A DNA stretch of 61,078 nt, filler included, from Sphacelaria rigidula (taxonomy: Eukaryota): NCBI GenBank assembly GCA_964200075.2. It is 6 parts of 6 records of this genome, joined end to end, with 100 filler letters (N's around TTAATTAATTAA, not from the genome) between each part and the next. Parts side by side here need not be neighbours in the genome. Positions count along the whole stretch, not along the records: positions 10,198 to 20,294 come from CAXNAA020007152.1; positions 20,395 to 30,490 come from CAXNAA020007153.1; 4 more parts are not named here. One strand, 5' to 3'. The notes beneath the pieces were generated by a model. That model was not told the origin of the DNA. It saw only the letters and a list, made by a program, of their open reading frames with translations, and made no database searches. Below, piece after piece: positions 13,718 through 23,500 of this stretch. Within the stretch, counting starts at the first letter, position 1. Each line of letters starts with the position of its first letter. The position numbers and the translations under genes were made by a program.

Positions 13718-13783
13718 TGGATTTCCCGCCGAGATTCGAACTCGGGGTACCAGCTTCAAAGGCTGGTGTGATAACCACTACAC
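13718..13783 (-). tRNA. 5'-truncated copy of tRNA-Gln(TTG) ending in CCA (retro-copy, not a functional gene)
   Basis: Minus strand reads GTGT-AGTGGTTATC-ACAC (D arm), CCAGC-CTTTGAA-GCTGG (anticodon TTG), TACC, CCGAG-TTCGAAT-CTCGG (T arm), CGGGAAA-T-CCA. Positions 1-9 are missing. Confidence 0.9.
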
Positions 13784-16670
13784 AGCATCTGGAAACATGA
13801 CAACAACGTACCCTGGACGAGGATGATACAGCGGCACCGCTTGCACCACCAAATCTTGCGCAACACGCCATGCTCGCACACGATCCTCCGTCCAAGCATC
13901 CTCCGGAATGGTACGATTACGCGCCACCCGCGTAGTCCGACGCGAAGCCCCGGCCATGAATTGTTCCAGAAATACTCGAAACGGAGCAACTACTTCCGCC
14001 ATGCGCGGGAGCGAAGCCCGCAACCAATTCACCGCCTGCAGAAACTGCATCAGCTCACTAGCGTTTTGAGGACATCGTATATTGCTCGAGCCTTGGAAAT
14101 ACGCCGTGGCGTTCAACACGCCCTGCGAGACACGAGTAGACGTAAACAAACCATCCGGCGTGACGATCGTGAATATTTATTGAGCCTCCGGCGCCAGAGG
14201 CATCTACCAATACCCCTGTAGCAGGCCCAACTTGCCGAAGCATTGGGCTCCCAGCAACTCCCGCATGTCTTCTTGACTTGGCATCACCCCCGGAGACTGT
14301 TCCACTCGCGCGTTCACCGCCTGATAGTCGCTGATCAAACGGAATGTGTCCCTTTTCGGCACCGCCATCGTCGGACTCGCCCACACAGCCTGGAGATTCC
14401 TCATCACTGAACCAAACGCCACCAAAGCTGCGATGCATGAGGCAAGCCACCCGGTCCTCACCGGACCGTACCGTCTGGGCTTGGCCTTCGCCGCATTTGC
14501 CTGGGGCTGAAGCTGCACCCTCATGGGCTTAACGCGCGCTGGCGGATCACCACGCAGCGCACGGCGAAATGTATCTACGCGACGAGCCAAAATATCGCGC
14601 AGACAATGTGCGCCATCGGCGCTCAGGCTCTTCTGCTCGGCCTGCCGCACACTATCCTCAAGCGCACGTTCCCGTGCACCTCTCTCCTCCGCTGGGTCCA
14701 TGAATATATCAGGCCCTCGATCGACCAAGCGCTCTACCGCTTCATCAGCAGGAGCCTCCTCCTGATTTTCGCTGTGGAATGACCGTATGGATACGATCAC
14801 ACGCCTTGCAGCAAGGTAACTGGGGTTTCCACGCCGATTTGCACTGGCACAGCACGCGGACGTAACTTTTCAAACGCCAGCGGGTACAAGTCAATCCCAA
14901 GCTCCTTCATCGTCGCCATCCCAAATAGAACCACGTTGTCCCTACCGGGCATGGCAGCGAAAGTAATGGGCTGCAACTCCACAGCCCCCCACGGCGTACG
15001 CACGCTAACAGTTATTGGCACCGTTTTGTGTGTAACAGTCACGGGAGCACCCGTGGCGGTCTGCGCCGTTTGCGGTTCGTTTTCAAAGGAAATTTGAAGC
15101 TGAGCGCCGCTAAACTGCGAAGACATTTGCTCAAGCAACCCCACACCGATCGACGTGAGGGCGGACCCAGAATCAAGAATACTGCGGGCCATGAACAAAC
15201 CTACAGAACCAGGCCAGGCTAAATCTGCGCGTAAGCATTCAGCCTTGCGATCGAAAGGTACCACGCCTGCCGAAGAACTCTGTTCTGTCCCAAGAGTCAC
15301 CTGACGCCAGGGCTGCCCTCCAGCACTTGGCATCGATAGCTACGAATTGTTAGTCCAACCAGACCAAGTCACCGAGTATGAAGACGGCGCTGTTACAGTT
15401 GTCGCAGCAGTAGGGAATGCACCAGACACGGATCCTGCCTGGTCGATGGGTTGCGAGCTATTCGCTCCAGCACTCCCCACCGAAGTATTTGCGTTTCTCA
15501 CGTACGCTGTACGCCCCGCTACGGACGAACCATAAGATCCAGAGTCACCAGCTGATGACATAGTGGAAGAAAAAGCAGCGGAGGTACCACCATCCGCCGC
15601 CGATTGCTTGCTACCGCGGTCGCCGCGCCCGCGTCCCCGATTGGCACGGCCCCGTCCACCGTGACGACCGCCTCGAGATCCTGATAAATCTCGTGCATTG
15701 CCCTGTGCCGCGCCTTGAGCGCAAGGCTTGGGGCAGTCCTTGATCATATGTCCGGTGTCGCCGTAGTTGTAACACGCGCGAGTGAACGACTCTCGCGAAA
15801 ACGGCTCTTGTTTTTGTTGCTGTTGCTGTTTGCGGCGCATACCACCTGCACTTGTTGCAGAGTCGCGCCGGCCATGTGTGTAATGTGTGAGAGGACCGCG
15901 TGCTTAGAGGACCGCATCTGAATCTGAACATCCCTATGGTTGGGGTTAGGGTTAGGGTTAGGGTTGGCGTTAGGGTCAGTGGCGTGGTTCCTGCAGAGAC
16001 TGGCCCGATTGGTTTTGAAAAATGTCGATACTGGGGTGTTTTGGACTACGGCGCGGTCCTCTAAGCACGCGGTCTTTTCACGCATTACAATGTGCTTCAA
16101 TGAACTTCCACTGGTCGGCCGCCTCAAATATATTTTTGAACACCGACATCGGGTTATTTTTCCAGCCGTCAATATACGCTAGTACACTTCCAACATACGC
16201 CTTGAATTCCGGGGGCAAACTCACGTCCACCAGAGCTACAGAAATCGACTCGACCGGGCCAGACAACCAACTCCTGTCCTCCGCACGGTACATTGCTCGC
16301 ACCATCAGATTCTGTGCAAAAACCTTACCATGTCTGAGCTAACCATCATAGCACGATCCTTCACAGACTTTCCATCGCTTCGCTTCATTGTAAGTACCCT
16401 ACGCAGGTCTGCTGCAGCCCGCGTAGCGTCATGCTTTCCACCGGTTGTAGTATACCCGGCATGCTGCTTCACAGCATCAAGCAATTCATCGGGCGTCATA
16501 GCCCGACAGTCCTTGTACATGTTTTCGAAGCAGCGGTGAATGTATGTAGGGATAAGTTGACCTATGCTCACCCTCTCATGCCGTATGATCCCTCCTGAAT
16601 TCACTAGACTCCACCGCTGTATGTATTCAACGTATTTTGCAAAAAAAAACGTGATACCTCCTCGGTTCAC
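13778..16670 (-). pseudogene. Degenerate gag-protease-reverse transcriptase of the Gypsy element
   Basis: Successive minus-strand ORF fragments 16305-16670, 16078-16305, 15340-15840, 14797-15333, 14204-14800 and 13778-14149 carry gag, PR and RT motifs, ending at the RNase H start (MFPDA). Confidence 0.88.
15879..16089. mobile_element. 211-bp MITE with TGT...ACA termini, ~37-bp TIRs, 5-bp TSD and internal TTAGGG repeats, inserted in gag
   Basis: TIRs tgtaatgtgtgagaggaccgcgtgcttagaggaccgc / gcggtcctctaagcacgcggtcttttcacgcattaca; TSD atgtg at 15874-15878 and 16090-16094. Removal restores the gag frame (FIEAH-GRRDSATSAGGMRRKQ). Confidence 0.9.
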
Positions 16671-16935
16671 ACTTCACCATACCCTGGCGGCTGTAGTGGC
16701 TCACCTGGCACCAGCGGCGCTGCAGCCGCTTGAGCCATGTCGTCTACGCTGCAAACAGTTCACGGAGATACTCTTGCCTGGCTTGTGCGTCCTCCAGCTC
16801 ACGGACCATTCTCCCAATGCTGTGCACTTCAAGCTGGTCTCCTCCTGTCTGCGGGCTGAGCTGGCTTTAAGCTGCAGCCCAATATCTCTTAAGCCAAAAC
16901 TCCTCTAACAGAGTGCCGAAATAATATCTAGATAC

Positions 16936-17192
16936 TATAGCCTCTGCCAGACGATCTGGACAACAGGACTATCCACGAGGGGCTCCTCAAGCAGCACTGA
17001 CCTCGTGCTCGACAAGACCTTTCTTCTCACTTGTTATTATCACGGAGTGATTCTCAGCAGACCACATCACAAGCCAGCAGCAAGAGGCCACACAGATAAG
17101 GGTCATCAATCCAGGATCCCCTGTCCCCTGCGACTGCTCCAATCATGCATGCGATTATACTGAAGCCTACGGGTCGATATCATTTGGCTACA
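16936..17192 (-). repeat. 5' LTR of the Gypsy element
   Basis: Begins TGTAGCC and ends GGCTATA on the minus strand; about 10 substitutions relative to 12777-13033. Confidence 0.93.
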
Positions 17193-18038
17193 GGCCTGAT
17201 ATACTTTCTGAGCAGCTCGCCACTGAGGCCCTTGATAGCCCTGAGTAGGATATCGACGTATAGCTTTGAGCACACGCTAGTGATAAAGGCAAATGAAAGC
17301 ACAAGCGGAACGAAAAATTGGCTAGGTTAAAGCGAATCACCGGGGCCACTCTCAATCGCCGCTCTACTCTCTATCTCACGAAAACGTTGTTGGAGGTTAT
17401 GTATTCGAATCCAGACAGATCCTCCTTTTGTTTTCGTCCGTCGTTAAGGTCATACATAATACAGTACACTTTTTTCATTTCTTTTTATATTCAGCGGCAG
17501 TGCCGTGTGTTACCAGGTTGTTCTGCACTTCACAGTGATATGCTTACATCGAGTTCATTCGGGAAACTGGGAAAGCTGTGATGCGGCAAGTGCCGTACGA
17601 GCTGGGCCAGCTCTAAAGTGGCTGAAATTAGTGATGTGAGCAAGTTTTAGCCTACAATATCCCTACCGGGGACTGGGGTATACCCTTCGAGATATACCCG
17701 GAGCAGGTAGGAGCACAGGGAAACACCCTGGGGAAGTATGCTAACAGGTTCAACCCCCGACGCAATCTGAAAACCTGAACTTGTACCGCAAACCCTCGTC
17801 AATCAGATCCCTCTTGTTCATTCAAAACCGCATACCCACTCCAAGATTCAATTTGCGAGTTTGCACATTAGCGGGGTACAAAGTACCGTTCAGTGGGAAC
17901 ACGGAACATGAGCAGCAAGACAAACCATCAGGATGGATCACGTTCAGACTCGAGTGGTGGCTCGAGTGGTGGCGGTTCGTGTGCACTACCAGAGGATCAA
18001 GTAAAAAGGTGTAGGCCATCGATATTGATGGTGGCGTC

Positions 18039-18550
18039 CAAGGTTTCGTTCTGTACGAAACGGCTTTTGTACACCCGGGGTATTTTGACGGGGACTGCTC
18101 TTACCGGACAGTTCTGTGACGTCTGGAAGACTATGATACCGATACCCGACACTTCTGTACGTTCTGTACGACTTTCATACCCCGGCCTGATAGTTCTGTG
18201 GCTTCTACAAGGCCTTCATACCGGTACCCGACAATCACATGAGTTCCGTAAGCCTCCCATACCGTTACCCGACAGTTCTGTAAGTTCTGTATACAATGTT
18301 TACCCTTACTCGGGGCGCGGGTCTACCCCTGAAAAATATACCTGGTTGCGGGTTCGGTTTCCTGTACAACTTCCATTTCCTACCCGACAAGTTTTGTAAG
18401 TTCTGAGAGCCTCTCATGCCCTACCCGATAGGTTCTGTAAATTTTTCATGGCGTTGGTAATGGTAGGCGCTAGGCGCTAGTTCCGAAACTTCTGTACGGG
18501 ATCTACTATCTTATACCGAACACACCCGTAACCTACAGAATACAACCTTG
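18039..18550. mobile_element. Non-autonomous TIR element with TTCTGTA/TACCC sub-repeats
   Basis: caaggtttcgttctgta / tacagaatacaaccttg termini and many internal ttctgt and acccg motifs; no TSD seen. Confidence 0.55.
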
Positions 18551-20546
18551 GGATATGATGATAAAACGTTGTACGGCATGATCGATTCGTTTACAATATA
18601 TTGTATTCTAGAGAAAGCACCCATGATACGCAGAATTGGTTCTATGCTATCGGACGTGGAAATATTTTTCAGAAAAAACCGCATGGCATGGTCGGGGACT
18701 GAACCCATATTCTTCCTTTCTAACTGATCCCAGTTGAGGTAGTTAGACCATTGGGACGCAGCGGCGTGGACCTCGGAGGTCACGGTGGGACTGCTCTGAC
18801 TCGCCTCGTTCTGACTATTTTAAAGCTTCGCTTCGACAAATAACTTCTGGAGCATCACGCACACCTGTTTTCATGATAATTGCCTAGAAAAGGTATACCT
18901 TGTCGCTGTTTGCCTAATAAAGGTACAACAACTGACCAGAAATGCGAAAACGGCAAAACACACAGTCTAGATCGTTTTCGCTCCGAATTGTTCACGCACA
19001 TCTTCGGGGGGCTCCTTAGCCCCAGAGTTCCGACAGCAAAAACAGAAAAAAAATGTTACTCGCGATATACGGCCATGAGAAAAAGGGCGCCTCGCCTCCA
19101 GAAACCACATCACCTTTCGAGACCAAATACCCACCAGGTTTGCCTGATCAAGTGATTCTTCTCAGATCACATACCTTATCTGGACCACTAGTCGGCCGAG
19201 ACAGTACCTGTCCCGGGTCATCGCTTGCTACACTGTACCTGATACGGCACACTGCGCGCAAGGGAGTCCACGCGCCAACTCCAACTATGTCGCTCACACA
19301 TTCGGCTCTCTTCGCGCTCATATGCCGTTCAAGGACGCCCCAACCATCACGTCCCTTTCTCCCCAGAAATGGTTCCCGAGTCTCTCCGCATCGACCACAA
19401 GTACCGGACTCACAACTCACAACGCGTCGGCCTTCTGTGCTTGCGGGGTTCACATAACATCGTGCTCTTACGATCTCAGGGTTGGTGTCAGGGTCAATCT
19501 AGGCTCTTCCGTCACCGACGGACGGTTATCATATCATCGATGGTTGGTCCAAGAAGAGGATAAGGATTGTCACGCGTACATGAATAGGGGCAGTGCAGTG
19601 ATAGCGTGTAGCCCTACAGAGTACCATGCGCCCAACAGGAGCACCCAGGTGAAACACACCCATCACATATATCTGGACCGTTGGTAACAATCCCGAAGGA
19701 CGGGCGACAATTTGGAATCATGTCTTCAGCTTCAGGTCATGTAGATGTTGTTGGCGCCGATATAGGCGAGATATGCGAGTGACTGAAAGCTGCAAAGAAA
19801 GGCAGGACGACTACATTGTAGTAGTAATGAAAAGAGTAGGGAACAAAATGAGTGTCGTGAGGTTCGCGTCATCTTTGCTGTTTGATATACTACTAGGGAC
19901 AAGTCACACAGCTTGATGTGATGTGCGTGCTGTAGAGTAGTCCACCTCCAGTACACGTACGTGCAGGTTCATGATGATCTACAGGTGGAACAATCTGCTG
20001 TAGGCGTTTTCTATTGGTTGAGGGGCTTGCGGGTCTGATCGGTAGACTATGTGGTTTTGAACATCACATGCTTCACGCATGTGGTTACTCCCGATAACGA
20101 AGGCTGTGTCTTTATGAATAACAGCTGTCTTGAAGTCTCCAGGCCCTAGTGAGGGAGGAAGCCCTTGGAGCAATCTTGTGATCTTGTTCTGAGTCCAGGA
20201 GGGCTCTATAATAAACGTTTATTAAGAGGTCTGTGCGGCATTCGGCCTCGTCGTGGCAGAGAAGAAGACGGTCACCATGCACATGCGCTCCCCGNNNNNN
20301 NNNNNNNNNNNNNNNNNNNNNNNNNNNNNNNNNNNNNNTTAATTAATTAANNNNNNNNNNNNNNNNNNNNNNNNNNNNNNNNNNNNNNNNNNNNCTGAGG
20401 CCCTAGGATGTGATTGCTCGGACATGGTGTGCTTTCTCTGAAGTAGTGCATTGTTGGCGATATGATTTCGCCTAGTTGCCTCCCCAGTTCCCTCACGCCT
20501 CCTCCCCGGAGGTGTTTAAGGTGGAATTGGCGTCATGCTCTCTCAC

Positions 20547-23500
20547 CTCGATAACGTCTAGTGCCTCCAAGACGTAGCCCAGGATCTCCTCCAGCACAAT
20601 GATGTCATTTGACATAACGCAGATGCGATACCTTATTGCACCATGGAAGTACGAAAATGTCCATACAGCGGACGATGAAACGATCGCACGTGCTATTCAA
20701 GTATACGCCTACTCAAGCGAATCGCCATGCGTTCATGCGGCTGTGTCGCACTGCACTCATGCAAAATGCATGTGTTCAGTCCTGTGACAAGCACATTTAA
20801 CAGAACCACTATTCCCACGTTCGGCCACCGAGCTCAGCACATAAACCGAGAAAGTGTATTAAGAGAATTCGTAGTTAAACATAATCTCCCGGGTATAAGA
20901 AACGCCTTGCGAACACCCCTGTCAAGGTGCGCTTGGCTAGGTTGAATCTACGGCGTACAATTGGATTCACCTGATGCGGTCGAGCGCCGTAGGGTCGGTG
21001 GCCGAAGTGACAATGATATCGTAGGTTACCTAGAAAAAAAAACAGAAGAGAGTATCGCAACCAAGCAGTACCAAAATATCAATTTCCTAGCAGTTCTGAG
21101 CCTCGTAGTTTCACTATCGCAATGTGGTGTGGTTACCATGAACGTAAATCGGTGATGCCAGTGGCGCTGGCAGAACGGGTATGGTGCGAAAACGGTGCTG
21201 CGGGCTACTTCCTATTATGGGGATAACAATAAGTGCAATTTACGGGTGTAGACATATGTAGAACCCATGTGCGTATCAAACTCTGGATTTCAAAAGCGGA
21301 CTACGAGCGCATCATGTTGCTCGCTAGTTGCACTATATACCCTGTACCTTCATGTCGTCCGTAAGGATCCATAACCGGGAGAAATAGTTCTGCAAGAAAA
21401 TGTCGATCGTGATGAACTGCAAGTAGGCGCACAGCAGAGGCTCGTGGTGGCGAGAGTTCGGTCCCGCTACAAGCAGTCCGTGTCCCCCGAAAATTAACGT
21501 GTCGTGTTCGCTGATGTCGTAAGCCGCCTGGTTTACCCGCGCGCATTTCGGCAAACTCTGTTGGATCTTGGCTTCTGCACCCCACGGATGGCATGCAATC
21601 AGTAAATAAGGCGGTTGACTCCGTGTCGGGGACAATAATCGGCGACAGCACGGTGTGTGTTCATCACATCTCATAGTTTACTTGATGCTCTGATATTTGA
21701 GAGTAAGCGCTTCGAACCCATCGTGACACTGAGTAGGCTATGTAGAGACGCAGGGTTTACTCTCGTGGAGTCGAGTCTACGTGTAGATGAGCTTGGCGAA
21801 TAACAGGTCTAGAGCATGACCAAAACTTCGGAATGCTGCGATGCTGTCGTCTCGTCGACAGTTTTTGCTATGAAGACAGATAAAGCTAGTGGCGCGTTAT
21901 CTTCCCAAGTCACACGGAGAAAGTTAGGTTGGGTTGTGTGTACCTTTGTGTCTCCGATGACCTGCTTCAGCTCGTTTTCGTACTCTCCCTTGTCCATGTA
22001 CTCCTCCGCAGTTAGGTGTGGGGTGATCTCGTTTGCCATTATCAGGTTCACCTACGGGCGAGCGGCATCAAGAGTCAGCCCGCGCACCGGCAGGCAAGGC
22101 ATTTGATACGGTCACACCTTCTTGCAGCACGCGCTTCGGCAACTTATCGAATTCGCGAACTCTAGTTCAATTACAGCGCGGCTGCACATTGCACCGAAAC
22201 TAGTCAACGATAAAGGGACCAAACAAGGCACGGCAAGACTTTCCTAATTGAAATATGGTGAAATCTCTCCACGCTTCTAGAGCCTGCAAACTGCTGCTGT
22301 CGGGTCGAGATTATCCAGGTTCTCCCACACGAAAGGGTTCATAACACCACGAAATTGGCAGCCTTCGTTATGCATCCGTGTGTGTTACCAACTGCCTGCA
22401 TTTTGATTCTCGACGGTGCTTCCTGCGGCGTTGAAAATCATGAGCACAGAGACAACATGCAAGAGAGGGGGGACCTGTTGGGTGCTGCCAATACCTTATT
22501 TCGATTGGGCGCATCGCCTAGGAAAATGAGATCTAGGAGCTCTCGCTGATGTTGAGATATGATCGAACCAACGATCCCCGAAGAGTCCTGCTGCACGTCC
22601 ACCAGTAATCGGGCCATGTGATCCAAGGAAATATTGTCCTTGATGCGATCCATCACCGCCTCCACCTGAACATCAAGCGTGGCAGAGTTCAAACCGATTC
22701 ACCCGATTCACTCGAGGGAGACCGCCATCAAAATCAAAATCACCCGGCGATCGACGAGTGGTCAGTACGTTGCGCCTCAACACACGGTACACCATCGCTG
22801 GGAGAAAACGGATTAACACGTAGGTTGCGTGTACACGTGGGGGTCATGCCACGGTGGGGGTTGCACATTTGGGCTCAGGTGATTCTCATTGGGGGCCCCC
22901 CAAAGTCGGGATTGATTGATTGATTGATTGATTGTCGCACTTCAACTGACCCCCCAGGGGTTCAGCCGTGGTCTCGTGATAGACATACCCAAGAAAAATG
23001 AAACTGAAAACACGCTCTAGGGAGAAGAAAAAAAAACAGGAACAGAAAAAAAAGAAAGCTACACGGGATTATGGGTCAGGACAATCCCGTTTCAAAATTC
23101 ATTCAAGACATCTCTATGCTAATCTTGGCGTGCTCTTACCTACTTCATACGTCGTTTTGTATATGAGACAAGGGGTTCCTAATAATTCAAGCCTGAAAAA
23201 CATCTTGCACACCCGTACCACCGTGGTACCACTCATGGGTGTTCGTTACCATCCATCCATCCGTAAATGCTGGCGCACCCAAGCAAGGTGGTATCTGAAC
23301 TTTGCTTTTGTGGTCGCCAATGTCCGCACGTAATATGGGGAGCAAAGATCAAGTTATGATACTGTGTTGCAGATCGCACCATCCGCCCACACGCAGCTGC
23401 AGCTCTTCACCTGCCCATTTTGAATGTCGCACCTGCATCCCGTAAAAGCAAGTCCCCTCAGCATTGAGGCTGACCCCGAATGTTTCCACTTGAACTACAC

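Larger units (their letters stand above)
12777..17192 (-). mobile_element. Ty3/Gypsy LTR retrotransposon, non-autonomous (internally deleted and rearranged)
   Basis: Two 257-bp direct LTRs; 4-bp flanks ggca/ggcc. Minus strand carries gag with a degenerate zinc knuckle (CYNYGDTGHMIKDC), protease (ILDSGS) and RT (WASP...FRLISDYQAVN...FGKLGLLQGYW; QGVLNATAYFQ). RNase H (DKEGFAIV...FTDHRNL) and the integrase N-terminal His motif (AHMRSAGHRG) follow, in PR-RT-RH-IN order. Frameshifts present; YxDD region and integrase core absent. Confidence 0.93.
12674..17391. mobile_element. ~300-bp MITE split by the Gypsy insertion (halves 12674-12776 and 17193-17391)
   Basis: TIRs aacaacgttttcgcgagattgagagtagag / ctctactctctatctcacgaaaacgttgtt, flanked by ggag on both sides. 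Uninterrupted relatives occur at ~11849-12156 (inverted) and 50727-50882. Confidence 0.8.

Noticed and set aside
13718-13783. Functional tRNA gene, or the element's normal primer-binding site
   Set aside because: It lacks positions 1-9, lies mid-pol far from the 5' LTR, and is in the wrong orientation for a PBS.
15938-15976. Chromosome end or PN-repeat protein
   Set aside because: A short array bounded by TIRs and a TSD inside gag.
16915-16937. Initiator-Met-type PBS next to the 5' LTR (TAGTATCTAG)
   Set aside because: Only weak resemblance to TGGTATCAGAGC; cannot be supported.
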